This document shows, piece after piece, positions 44,561 to 58,913 of a DNA stretch of 64,000 nucleotides. The stretch lies in the NCBI RefSeq assembly GCF_009914755.1, contig NC_060937.1. One strand, 5' to 3'. A model generated the notes under the pieces. The model saw nothing but the letters and a program-made list of their open reading frames with translations, made no database searches and was not told the origin of the DNA. The DNA comes from the human T2T-CHM13v2.0 reference genome, Homo sapiens. Position numbers and translations under genes: made by a program. The stretch's first letter is position 1. Each line of letters starts with the position of its first letter.

Positions 44561-45362
44561 TTTCATAACACAACCTAGTACATATATGTGTATGTAGTCA
44601 TAAAAATTTACCCTTATTATTGCAATACATGCTAATATTTTCTATAGTTTCATTGAAACAAAGTGCTAGTAGTGAAGCCACTACATTGATTTCATGGCTT
44701 GCAGATTGAAAAATGCTGTGTGGACATAGGCACAATTTCTATTCATACTTAAATTGCTTGGAGTTTGGAAATTCTTTGGAAGATTTGCCTTGTGGGGATT
44801 AGAAACACTATTAAAACAATTATGTTTTGGAAGCAGTATAAAGGGTAATGGGATTAAATACCAAACCATAACCCTAGTGCTCCTTTCCGAAGTTCCTTTC
44901 TACTTCAGCCCAGGGGTGTGCACCAATAGCACAGAGCAGTAACAACTCTAAGATGGCTTTTCCCATTTGTGACTTAGTGGGTTGGGGGCAGGACTGCCTG
45001 CATTTTTCTTTAACAATGTGTTTGGCTGGTCTAGAGTCTCCAGAGGAATTATAATGACGAGGATGTCAGAAGCAGTGGCTTATCTCTAACACTATACCAA
45101 AGAGAATGGACCCCTCAATCTTACTTACCATTGTCTCTGCAACGTGCATGCTACTGTTAGATGCGAGGGAGGAAAACCAAAACTAGACCACATTCCTTGC
45201 TCCCAAAGTAGGTTATGCTCTAACTGATGAGACAGCCAACAAATACAGTAAACATCCAGTATGTGCAGAGAATTCATTAAAATTTGGGGGATACAGTAGT
45301 GAAAAAGAACTATACCTTGCCCTCAAGAAGCTTAAATTCTGGTGGGGAGATGGAAAATATAT

Positions 45363-45665
45363 TTTGTTTGTTTGTTTGGGTTTTTTTTGAGATGGAATCT
45401 CACTCTGTCGCCCAGGCTGGAGTGCAGTGGTGCAATGTTGGCTCACTGTAACGTCCACCTCCTGGTTTCAAGCAATGCTCCTGCCTCAGCCTCCTGAGTT
45501 GCTGGGATTACAGGCACGCACCACCACACCTGGCTAATTTTTGTATTTTTAGTCAGACGGGGTTTCACCATGTTGGCCAGGCTGGTCTCGAATTCTTGAC
45601 CTCATGATCCACCCACCTTGGCCTCCCAGAGCTGGGATTACAGGCATGAGCCAGCGTGCCTGGCC
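45363..45665 (-). mobile_element. Alu (AluS-like)
   Basis: Reverse Alu dimer. Confidence 0.95.
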
Positions 45666-45699
45666 AGAAAATATGTTTTTAAAGGACTCTAGATATTGT

Positions 45700-46680
45700 T
45701 AATTACAGTTAAGAGAACAAAATGGAGTAATGCAATAGGTAGTGATTATAGAGGAGGGACTCTAAGAGGTGGCCTTGGTAATAACACTAGAATGGTGAGA
45801 AGAAAGCAGTGTTCTGAGCAGAAGGAGCAGCAAGTGCCGCACACTGAAAAATGAATGATCTGGATGTGTCACAGGGTTATTGAGCTACAGTGATAGTGAG
45901 AGGGTTTGGGATCCAGCAGTGTGGGTGGTGTGCTACATGGGCAGGAAAGGGAAAGGAGATGAGATCCAAAAGGTAGGCAGGGTTCAGAGCATGTACAGCC
46001 TTATAAAGACAGTTTGGATCTTATTCTAGTTACTATAGAACACCTGCTAGAAGGTTTCATGCAAGGGGGGTGAGTGAAGTGCTTTCATTTAACCTTTAGA
46101 AACCAGTCATCACACTGGTCGCCATGAAGATGAAGTGGGCAAGTGGGATGGAAGGGAAGAGTGGAAACTACTAGCAGTAGCCTGGGTAAGAGATGAAAGC
46201 AATTGAGACAGGTTTTTAGCAATAGAAAATTGTGAGAAGTGGTCAGATTCAGCATATATTTGGAGGCAGAGCTGAGACTTACTAATGGATTGGATGTGGA
46301 TTGTGAGGGAAAGAGAGGAAAAGATGATGCCAAAATTTGTGGCTAAGGAACGGAGTGGCTAGTGTTGTCTTTTTAGTAAGATAGATTTGGGGGGGAATAA
46401 GTAGATGTGTTTTACCCATGTTAAATTTGTCTCAAGCATTCAATTTGAGATGCGAAGAATGCAGTTAATCTTTAAAATCTGGAGGTCACAGAAGTGAGGG
46501 CTACAGGTAGAGATGTGGGATCCATCTATGTACACTTCGTACTTAAAACCATGAAACTGAATGAGATCAATTAGGTCTGAGAGTGAGGCTAGAGAAGAAG
46601 TATAAGCAATGTGCTTGTGAGTACCAGAGAAAAAGGATGGCTCAGCAGAAGAGACTGAGAAGAGCAACAAGTGATGTAGG
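45700..46680 (-). mobile_element. L2 LINE remnant
   Basis: GAAGTGGTCAGATTCAGCATATATTTGGAGGCAGAGC...GGATTGGATGTGG L2 motifs. Confidence 0.7.
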
Positions 46681-46845
46681 AGGTTTCAGGATTCAAACTT
46701 CCAGTTCTGAGAAGGATGCAGTAGGTCATGGAAGCCCTCCGTAGCAGCTGGGAAAAAAAAACAAATCATTGCAAAAATCATGTCTTCAAAGTCTCTGGAG
46801 ATCTGTGGAATCAATAAAACTAAAAATTGCAGAGAGGAAAGAGCC

Positions 46846-47204
46846 TTTTTTTTTTTTTTTTTTTTGAGACAGAGTCTTGCTCTGTCGCCCAGGCTGGAGT
46901 GCAGTGGCACAATCTCGGCTCACTGCAACCTCTGTCGCCCAGGCTGGAGTGCAGTGGCGTGATCTCGGCTCACTGCAACCTCTGCCTCCCAATTCTCTGG
47001 GTTCAAGCAATTCTCTGCCTCAGCCTCCCAAGTAGCTGGGATTACAGGTGCCTGCCACCATGCCTGGCTAATATTTATATTTTTAGTAGAGACGGGGTTT
47101 CACCATCTTGGCCAGAGGGTGGACTTGAACTCCTGACCTCGTGATCTACCCGCCTCGGCCTCCCAAAGTGCTGGGATTACAGGCGTGAGCCACTGCGCCC
47201 AGCC
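46846..47204 (-). mobile_element. Alu with a 50-bp internal tandem duplication
   Basis: 46881-46930 is repeated at 46931-46980. Confidence 0.93.
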
Positions 47205-47592
47205 CAAAAGAGCCATTTCTAAATGAACTGCTGATCCTGCCTGTTTTTCTGGAGACATTCACCAGTTCTAGGCATGGGCTAAGAACTGCACTTTCCTCAG
47301 GGAAAAGGCGTCATCTAGAGAAACTAACAGAGCTTTTAAGGTGGTCATTTGGGGTTGGCATGACAAACTGGAAACTTAGAGAAGCCCCAAATGTATGGCT
47401 GGCTTTCCACCATGGGGCATTTGCTGGAGTGCTGCTTCAGCTGGGGTAATGCTGGAGGCTAGGGAACTGGGATGGAGGTTTTAAGGGCTTAAATCTCCCA
47501 TAGTTCTTAGGGGACGATGTCCTGCTAGGGGGAAAGGCTTTCCACAAGATATTTGCTATTTAGTCTACCCTCAAGATAATTGCTATTTTGGG

Positions 47593-47892
<300 letters not shown>

Positions 47893-48075
47893 CTATTTTT
47901 TGAATCTGCATGGGGGCAGGAGGCTAACAATCTAAAGTCAAAACCTGGAGGGACCAACTTGACTCTTTTTCCATCTTTCTCAGCTGAGGAGACAAATCTA
48001 GGCTCCTAATCAAAAGCCTAGAAGGACAAACATGAATCAACGGTGGACTGACCCTTATACAAAAACTGCAGCCCA

Positions 48076-48350
48076 GGCTGGGTGAGGTGGCTCATGCCTG
48101 TAATCCCAGTGCTTCTGGAGGTTGAGGCAAGAGGATTGCTTGAGGCCAGGAGTTCAAGGCCAGCCTGGGCAACATAGTGAGACCCTGTCTCTACAAAAAA
48201 TAAAAAAATTAGCCGGGGCATGGTGGCATGCACCTATTGTCCCCACTATTCGAGAGGCTGAGGCAGGAGGATCACTCGAGACCAGGACTTCAAGGTTACA
48301 GTGAGCTGGGATTGCACTCCAGCCTGGGCAACAGAAGGAGACCCTGCAAC
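48076..48350 (+). mobile_element. Alu (AluJ-like)
   Basis: GGATTGCTTGAGGCCAGGAG...GGGCAACATAGTGAGACC. Confidence 0.9.
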
Positions 48351-48498
48351 TCAACTCAATCCTTGACTGGATTGAAGTAATTAGTCCTGAATTCTCTCTG
48401 CCTAAGAGAGGAAAGAGGACCTTTCTATGGTAAGAATATCATTTGCAGTCTCTATGGTTCTTATATATACAATGCTTGGCATGTAATAAAATTACTGT

Positions 48499-48906
<408 letters not shown>

Positions 48907-49578
48907 CTAGTGTGTTAAGTTAATAAAATGGATAAAAAGATGGAAAATTTCAATTGAATGTTGGAATCTGTGAAAAAGAGTCAAATAACTTAAAACTGAA
49001 AGACACAATATCTGAAATGAACTTACTTGGATGGATTGAACAATGTACCAGACACAGCAGATGTCAGGATTAGTGAGTAGGTCAATAGAAAAATATCCAA
49101 ACTAAAGCAAAGAGAAATAAGACTGGAAAAATAAAGCAGCTGACAAGAGACACTTGGGACACAGTCAAGAGTTTAAATAATTATAATGGGAATCCCGGAA
49201 GGAGTGGAAGAGAGAATAGGGTAGAATTAACATTAGAAGAGATAATGTCTACAATCTCCCCAAATTGAAAAAGACATAAAGCCACAGATTTAGGAAGTTC
49301 AGTGAGCACCAAGGAGATACAAAGAAGACCACGCTGTGGTTACATTGTGCTCAAACTGCTAAAACCCACGACTTCCTTAAGATAAGCAGAATTACAAGGA
49401 CACAGTACTTTCAGAGGAACATTAATAAGATTTATGGCTAACTTTTCAATAAAACTAAGGAACCAGAAGACAATAAAATGGTATCCTTAAGGTGCTGAAA
49501 AACAAATTAAAAGTCTGCCAACCTAGATTTATATTCCAGTGAATATATCCTATAAACTTTAAAGTTAAAGAGTTTTCA

Positions 49579-49899
<321 letters not shown>

Positions 49900-50263
49900 T
49901 TACCAGAAGACTAGGTCCACAGAAAAAGTCCTACAGGCTAAAGGAAGATGATCCTAGAAAGAAGCATGAAATGACAGAAACTGATCACAAAGTTGAAAAA
50001 TAATGAAAAGCACCAGAAAGGTATGGGGATATATAAAAGAAAGAATATTCACTATTTAAAACAACAATAATAATGCCTTGTGGAATTTTAAGATACATAG
50101 AAATAAAATAATGACAATACTAGTCCAAAGATTGGGACTGGGTATTAAATGAAGTTTCTTATATCATTCAGACAGTGCTAGACCATAATGAGGAGTATTT
50201 TGCAGAATGTACAATTAAAAGAGTAATGGTACAACTAATGAATATGGAAAGAATGATAAAATC

Positions 50264-50590
50264 AGCCAGGTGCAGTGGCTCATGCCTGTAATCCCAGCAC
50301 ATTGAGAGGCCGAGGCAGAAGGATTGCTTGAAGGCAGGAGTTTGAGACCAGCCTGGGCAACAAAGCAAGACACTGTCTCTACAAAAAATTAAAAAATAAG
50401 CCAGGCACAGTGGCAAGTGCCTATGGTCCCAGCTATTTAGGAGGCTGAGGTGGGAGGATCACTTGAGCCCAAGAGTTTGAGGCTACAGTGAGCTATGATG
50501 GCACCACTGTACTCCAGTCTGAGTGGCAGAGCGTGACACTATCTCTAAAAATAAATAGATAAATAATAACTAATAGATAAATAAATAAAA
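50264..50590 (+). mobile_element. Alu (AluJ-like)
   Basis: Alu dimer with J-type positions. Confidence 0.9.
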
Positions 50591-51034
50591 TGAAAATCAC
50601 CACTTTGCAACCACCACAAAATTAATCCAAGCAAGAATCATCACCGATTGCTAAAGCAAGTGAAGGAAAGTTTGATGAGAATAGCGTATTTACATAGCCC
50701 CAAAGTTTTCCCCCATGAATTACTTATTAATTATAAGAGGAAGAAAAATTTTATACTGGAGAAACCTGGTGGTACCTTAATCATGACCAAAGTGAACACA
50801 GCCAATAATGGGATGAATAAAATCCTTATGCCCCTGATGTGAGACACTGAAAAGATATGAGATTACGTAGCCAATATTCCTGCCAAAAAAACTAACCTGA
50901 ACCGAATCATGAAGAAATACCATAAACTGAAGAACATTTGACAAAATAACTAGCCTCTACTTTTCAAAAATGTCAAGGCCATGAAAGACAAAAAAATGTC
51001 TGAGGAACTGTTCCAGATTAAGGAAGACTAAAGC

Positions 51035-51331
51035 AGGCTGGGTTCAGTGACTCACACCTGTAATCTCAGGATTTTGGGAGGCCAAGGCGGCTGGATCGCT
51101 TGAGGATAGGAGTTCAAGACCAGCCTGGCCAACATAGCGGGAACCCCCATCTCTACTAAAAATACAAAAAATTAGCTGGGCCTGGTGGTGCATGCCTGTA
51201 GTGCCAGCTTCTTGGGAGGCTGAAGAACGAGAATCAGTTTAATCCAGGAGGTGGAGATTGCAATGAGCCAAGATTGCACCACTGCACTCCAGCCTGGGCA
51301 ACAGAGTGAGACTCTGTCAAAAAAACAAAAA
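51035..51331 (+). mobile_element. Alu
   Basis: Alu dimer; TSD AAGGAAGACTAAAG at 51020-51033 and 51501-51514. Confidence 0.93.
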
Positions 51332-51505
51332 AGGAAGGAAGGAAGGAGGGAGGGAGGGAGGGAAGGACGGAAGGAGGGAAGGAAGGAAGGAAGGAAGGAA
51401 GGAGAGAAGAGAGAAAGAGAGAAAGAAGGAAGGAAGGAAGGGGGGAGGGGAGGGAAGAGGAGGGGACGGAAGGGGAGAGAAGGGGAGGGGAGGGGAGAGG
51501 AAGGA
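51332..51505 (+). repeat. (GGAA)/(GGGA)n polypurine low-complexity tract
   Basis: Almost purely G/A for about 170 nt. Confidence 0.95.
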
Positions 51506-51624
51506 AGACTAAAGAGACATGTCAACAAAATGTAATGCATGATCCTTGATGAGATCCTGGACTGGGGGAATTTTGCTTTAAGGGACATTAAAGAGACAGC
51601 TGGTGAAATGGGAATAGGAATGTA

Positions 51625-51858
51625 CAGATGCTCCTCAACTTATGATGGGGCTGTGTCCTGATAAACCCATTGTTAAAAAACACCACACGTTGAAAATACA
51701 TTTATTACTCTGTTATACCAGTCATAAAGATGAAAAATCATAGCTTGAACTATCATTAAATCCAGATGCTCCTCGACTTACCATAGGGTTATGTCCCAAT
51801 AAGCCTATCACAAAGTCGAACAATCATAATTGAACAATCATAAGCTGGAGACCATCTA
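51625..51858. mobile_element. MER47/Tigger-type DNA transposon remnant
   Basis: CAGATGCTCCTCAACTTATGATGGGG...CCTGATAAACCCAT start, repeated internally near 51762. Confidence 0.7.
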
Positions 51859-52155
51859 CATTAGATAAGTATTTGTAAAATGTCTTAATTTTTAGAATTG
51901 CACTACGGTTACATAAGTGAATGTCTTTGTTCCTGAGAAATACACACTGAGGTGCTGTGGGACAAAGGGTCCTGATTTCTGCAACTCGATGGCTCAGTGG
52001 TCCAGAAGAAAGCACAGTGAAAAAGCAATGTGGAGAAATGTGAACAAATAGTGGAACTGAGTGAAGGGTATGTGGAGTTCCTTCATATTCTTCTTACAAC
52101 TTTTCTATAAGTCTGAAATTATTTCAAAATAAAAGTTTTTTTTAAAGCTAATGTA

Positions 52156-52326
52156 GCTGGGTGTGGTGGTGTACACCTGTAGTCCTAGCTACTCAAGAAG
52201 CTGAGGCAGGATGATGGCTTGAGTCCAGGGGCTCCAGGTTATAGTGGGCTATGATAGCACCACTGCACTCCAGCCTTGGTGACAGAGCAAGACCCCGTGC
52301 CTAAAAATAATAAATAAAAATAAAAA
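52156..52326 (+). mobile_element. Alu right monomer (FRAM-like)
   Basis: Monomer with A-rich tail. Confidence 0.85.
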
Positions 52327-52652
52327 AGCTAATGGAGGACAAAATGTAATGATGAAAAATACTTGATTAATGCAAAGAAAGGCAGGTAAAGGAGAAATAA
52401 AGGAATAAAGAGCAGATGAACAAAGAGAAAACAAGCAACAAGACAGGACTTAAACCTATTTATATTAGTAATTACGTTACATTAGTAATTATAAAAATGC
52501 AAACTCAATTACATTAATAATTAGTAAATGCTAGTTATGTTTAAAAATACAGCAAATGTAAATAGAATATTCCAGTTAAGTGACAAAGATTATCAGACTA
52601 TTAAAAAACAAGACTCAACTATATGTTACTTACAAGAGACACATTTTAAATG

Positions 52653-52986
52653 CAGTCCTGCACCACATGACATCATTTCAGTCAAAAACAGACCACATAT
52701 ATGATGGTGGCCCCATACGATTATAATACCAAATTTTTACTGTACCTTTTCTATGTTTAGATACACAAATACTTACTATTGTGTTACAATTGCCTACATT
52801 ATGCAGTACAGTAACATGCTGTACAAGTTTGTAGCCTAGATGTGTTGTAGCCTAAACTACACCCCACAGAGCCGAGTTGTATAGTAGGCTATACTCAGTT
52901 TAAATACAACCTAGGGTGTTCACACAGCAACGAAATCACCTTACATTTCTCAGAATGCATCCCTGTTGGTAAAAGACATGTGACTG
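52653..52986. mobile_element. Tigger3a (Golem)-like DNA transposon
   Basis: CAGTC...GACCACATATATGATGGTGG...GATTATAATACC...CATGTGACTG. Confidence 0.8.
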
Positions 52987-53039
52987 TCTAAAGGCACAGA
53001 TAGGTTGAAAAAGAAAGGATAGAAAAAGAATGCTCATCA

Positions 53040-53346
<307 letters not shown>

Positions 53347-54106
53347 TTCAGAACCTTTGCTGTAAAGGGGAGTCAAGTGGGACCTGGGGTCAAGAAAGGG
53401 TTTATCAAATGCATCAGGAAAGAAGGTGGGAGACATCAGACTGGGTGGGAGTAAGTCAGTGCATTTGCTGGTTGGAAGAAATGTAAAAGCTCTCATCTGT
53501 GGTCTGTGGAAGGTGTGAGGAACGAATTGGGCAGTAGAGACTTGAGGAAAGAGAATATGTAGATTAGTGATACTGGAAGAAGACCATAACTGCAGAGGTG
53601 TAATACGATACTTATGTTGAATGTTAATCTGAGATTTGTGGTCATAACTCAGAACTGAGTCTACTCAGCTCAGTTGTATGATTTTTAAGAGTTGGGATTC
53701 TAGGCAATTACAACAGAGAAAAAAGGAGAAAGGGATTAAGGGTGTTTGCAAGGGCGTGGCGACAGTGTCGAACTGTGAATCTAAACTAGACAAGAAAGGA
53801 CATAAGCACTCAAGGGTGGAACGGTTAGTGAGAAGTGGGAGAAGGCTGGATGACGGCAGAAAACTGCAGGAGTGGGCGAAAACAGAAGGCACCTATGTCA
53901 AGGAATAGGATATTTGAAATCAGATGTTTGGCTGTATTGCAGTTATTGGTGATGACGAAACCTTGGATATGACCCTATGACTTGACAGTTGAGATGAGAT
54001 GGGAAATAAAGACAATTGGGGCTAACGTAGTCACTTGGAAATCAGCATGTTAAATTGTCTCTGTGGAGGTTAAGGTGCCAGGAATGATCAGCAGGAATAG
54101 TGGTAG

Positions 54107-54568
<462 letters not shown>

Positions 54569-56453
54569 TTATTAGTATGGAAGGAGCCAACCACACACCG
54601 GCTTTTGGAGTTACGGTGCCTAAGGATGATTTAAAAGATTTTCCCCAACAGCTTGCCCCATGCTAAGCAGTCTTGCAGCTGTGCTGGTATTGGGTGTGCT
54701 GAGTAAACCAGGGGATGAGGGACTGGAGAGGCTTCAAATGAAGCTTGCGTGGCCACATTACAGATATGTTGGTTTTAAGGGAACACGATGAGCCTGCTTT
54801 TGAGTATGTTGTTCCCTTTTTTTCACTTGTATGTCTTAGGTTTGAACTTACTAACATGCTTATTTTGCATCTTCACAAATATGTTGAAATTTGAGGGGAA
54901 CTCATAAACATTTGCACCTATTTATGACTCTCAACTGATTAGTCTCACAAATATCAAATTTGTTCTGCCAAATAGGTGAGCATTTTCAGTCATTTGTGAT
55001 CTTTCACAAAATGAAAACTGCTGGAAAGTAAATATTTTCCTTCCCACTTCCAAGGTAATCCGGGGGGGTGGTGAGGAAGAGAGAAGCTGCCATGTTACCA
55101 GACAGTGGAAAATACTTTGTTGAATAACATACAGAACTAAGTCTGGTACCATGTCACCTCATATAGGAATGGATGCTGAAATGAGACAGACTGAGTATTT
55201 CTATGAAACCCTCATAATGATACTCTCTTAAAAGCCTCCCACGCTTCCTTTTTTCCAATAAAAAATAAGCAGTATTTGAGTACTGAAACCTTTATTCCCA
55301 TTTTACTGGAAACAAAGAACATGAACAATTTACTAGTCAGAAAAAAAGTGTTTTATAACCCAAAACAAATATTTGCCAAGAGCTGTAAATTGCTTAAATC
55401 GCTTAAACTGGAGATTTCAGTGAGATTTTTAGCAGTAGATTACTAAGCTCCTTAGTTATAGAACATTCAATGCATAGGAAAGTGTTTTTCCTACAAAGCA
55501 TAACTGAAATGTAGTTTAACTAATGGTTTACAATTCAGTCAAATACCAAAGCTGCAAACCATTTAGGGAGTCATCAATTACATATTTTGTACACTTTCAA
55601 AAAGCTTACAGCTGGGATGGGTTGTTTATTTTCAAAGCATGACTGCTTTAAAATGATCATATTCTTTAGCCTGCCACCTAGGAAGCATTAAGCATTTACT
55701 TGCAGAATGAACAAACGAGCACGTTGTCTTGTGTTATGAAGTATATAATATAGTTCGTTTTAGTTTCTTCATTCGCAGACTATCAGGCTCATTTCACGTG
55801 ACTGCTTGCACTTAGAACTGAGTTATCACGGAGTAGGAACTCTCCAACATCGTCGTCATAGACCAAGAGATGCCCATGAACAGCCATGAAAGTGCCAGTC
55901 AGGGAAGTATTCAGTGCTTTGTTGTAGAGTTGTTGGATAGAGGCACAGGATCATTTCATGTTGTTGAGGAGAAAGGAGCAACAGCCTCCTCCCACCTTAT
56001 TAAAAATAGAGATTTAAAAAAACCTCTAATTTCCTCGAAGTACAGAATCTCAAGAGGTAGCTCTAAGGAGAATCCCTCTGGGTTTGAGCGCATTCCTCTT
56101 CCAGGGGGCCTATTCTTGGACTGCTTTCCTTAATAGAGAAATCTCTCTGAGCCAAAATCGGCCTCCCCCAATTCCATCCTGTCGGCCCCACTTTTCTGCT
56201 CCGGAGACTTCCAAGCCAGTCCCCACTCCTCCTTCAGCCAGTCGGGCCCGCACCCGCGCCCGGCAGGGCCAGCCCTCTCCTCCTCCTGCGTGGCGCAGCA
56301 CAGGCCCTGAGCGCGCGACCCCAGGCCCTGGGCGCCCCGCCGCATGCTCGCGGCTGGAAGCCCCAGTTTGCGTGGCCCTTCGGGTTATTCCGCTCAAGAG
56401 CCGCCGCGTCGCCCCATCTCGGCGCGAATCTGAAAGCGCTTTCGGGGGAGAAG

Positions 56454-56468
56454 ATGTTGGGGGCACTG
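56454..56468 (+). CDS. IL17D: Probable IL17D upstream coding exon (MLGAL), in frame with the 57144 exon
   Basis: AAGATGTTGGGGGCACTG|gtgagt; splicing gives MLGAL-VW-MLVAGF. Confidence 0.7.
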
Positions 56469-56489
56469 GTGAGTACACTGCACAAGTGA

Positions 56490-56592
56490 CAAAATGTTTT
56501 CAGCTCCTGGAGGCGAAAGGTGCAGAGTCGCTCTGTGTCCGTGAGGCCGGGCGGCGACCTCGCTCAGTCGGCTTCTCGGTCCGAGTCCCCGG
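56490..56592 (+). other. IL17D: Probable alternative 5'UTR exon of IL17D
   Basis: CCCCGG|gtacga donor; resembles my recollection of the IL17D mRNA leader (unverified); 5' end uncertain. Confidence 0.5.
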
Positions 56593-57149
56593 GTACGAGG
56601 AAAGACCACAGGGGGCTTCTCGCGGAAAAGCGGGCCGCGGACCCTGCGCGGGCTGGCTGGGGCGGGCGGATGACGAGGCGCAGGGGCAAGGGTGGGTCTG
56701 CGAGGCGGCGGGTCCGGGCGTCTTAGGCTCCGGGGCTCCCTCGCTGGCGGCGGAGCAGGGATGGCGCGCCCGGGGGTGAGGGTGCGGCGGGTCACAAGCA
56801 CTCGCAGCCCGCGGCGCAGCAACCCGGCAGGCACACGCACACGTGCACGCGCGCCCCGCACCCGCCCCCCGTGCGGCCCCCGGCTCGGGGCGGCGGCGGC
56901 GGCGGGGGCCGGGGGCGCGCGGGCCGGCGCCGGGCTGGGCCCCGGGGACCCCGCGGGCGGCGGGCAGGCGGGGAGGGCGCTCTGGGGCCCGCCCGCGCGG
57001 CTCCCATCCTCCGGGCCGGCCTCTGGCTCCGCGGGGCGAGGGGAGGCGCCCGCCGGCTCCGGGCGCCGCGGGCGGGACACGGGCGCGGGGCGCAGGCGGG
57101 CTCCTCCGGCGCGTGCGGACGCTGAGCGTGGCCTGTCCCTCAGGTCTGG

Positions 57150-57439
57150 ATGCTGGTAGCCGGCTTCCTGCTGGCGCTGCCGCCGAGCTGGGCCGCGGGC
57201 GCCCCGAGGGCGGGCAGGCGCCCCGCGCGGCCGCGGGGCTGCGCGGACCGGCCGGAGGAGCTACTGGAGCAGCTGTACGGGCGCCTGGCGGCCGGCGTGC
57301 TCAGTGCCTTCCACCACACGCTGCAGCTGGGGCCGCGTGAGCAGGCGCGCAACGCGAGCTGCCCGGCAGGGGGCAGGCCCGCCGACCGCCGCTTCCGGCC
57401 GCCCACCAACCTGCGCAGCGTGTCGCCCTGGGCCTACAG
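57150..57439 (+). CDS. IL17D: Interleukin-17D, N-terminal coding exon (signal peptide to ...RSVSPWAYR); exon starts at 57144
   Basis: cctgtccctcag acceptor; MLVAGFLLALPPSWAAG...CADRPEELLEQLYGRL...NLRSVSPWAY IL-17 motif; AG|gtgagc donor; cystine-knot exon lies beyond the window. Confidence 0.97.
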
Positions 57440-58577
57440 GTGAGCCGCGGGCGCGTCCTGGCGGGGCCCGGCAGGTGGGGAGGGCAGGGCTGGGCGGGGA
57501 GAGTGGGTGGGGCCGGGCCGAGGCCGGGCAGGCGGGGAGGGTGGGGCGGGGAAGGGGAGGTGGTTGGGGCGGGGCGACGCGGAGGGGGCGTGGCACGCGG
57601 GGCGAGGCGGAGCAGGTAGGGGTGGGGTGGTGCGGGGCGAGACAGGGTAGGGTACGGTAGGGTGGGGTGGGGTGCGAGGGGCGCTGCGATGAGGCGGGGT
57701 GGGGCGGGGCAGTTGGAGCACTGGGGGGCAATTCCTAAACCGCGAAGGCCCACCCCCACCACCTCCCTTGAAGGAGTCCTGCTTCCTCTCTTTACCCTCC
57801 AGTATTTCCTATGCAACACGTATCTCTTGAACACCTCATCTCCTCCAGGTTGGATGGGTCCGCAAGGCACTAGCTGGGGACCCTTCCGTGATGTGGACAC
57901 AGTGATGTGGACCGTACTCTGCACAGGGGGCCCGGGGAGGTGCTGCTGGGGGGTGCGCGGTACTATCCACATATTTCCTGAGTGCCCCTGTGGTCCAGAG
58001 GCTGCTGGAGTGGAGCCCTGGGAAGCGCCCTCTGAGCCCCTCTAGTTTAATAGCCTAAGGAAGGAGTGGGGATAATTGGGAAAGAAACCACACCATCAGG
58101 CAGTGCATGAAGTGACATGAACAGTTTCGAGAGTATTTTGGTCTTGGAACAGAGGTCATTTCAGAAGAAAGGGACAGCCTGCAGAAGGGGAAGGCTGGAG
58201 AAGTTGGGGGCGTGTAGGCAGGGTGCCGCAGTGTCCTCAGCAGGCACCTGTGACCGTCTTCCCTCTAGCTGGAGCAGGAGGAGCTGCCCTAGGGGGCAAG
58301 GCCTCCCAGGGCCACAGAGGTCAAGAAAGGCTTCGTGAAAGAGCTGAGTCTTGATGGAGGAGAGCAAGTCGCCTACAAAGGCAGTGCTGAGGGAAGGGAC
58401 AGCTGATAGCAAGCGGGAACAAAGCGCTTGGAAAATGGGGAGAGCCACAAGGCGAGCGGGGGCGGTGGGGGTGGGGGGGCGTAGGCGAGGTGTTTGCCTG
58501 TGGGGTGGGCATCGATGTAAGGCTGGAGACAGGTGCAGGAGCTGGATCCCCGCCTTGTCAGCAGTGCAGAGCTTCAC

Positions 58578-58913
<336 letters not shown>

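Larger units (their letters stand above)
56240..57760. promoter_or_regulatory. IL17D: CpG island / IL17D promoter and first introns
   Basis: Very high GC and CpG density; many GGGCGG boxes. Confidence 0.92.

Noticed and set aside
51172-51588. Low-complexity ORFs (EGRK/PSFL repeats)
   Set aside because: Translation of the GGAA tract
54690-56450. NRF2 antioxidant response element upstream of IL17D
   Set aside because: By eye only imperfect matches (e.g. TGCTGAGTAA near 54697); no clean TGA(C/G)nnnGC found
56084-58045. Many long overlapping ORFs (150-230 aa) on both strands
   Set aside because: Stop-codon scarcity in a very GC-rich CpG island; low-complexity Arg/Gly/Pro/Ala products; only the IL17D frame is recognisable
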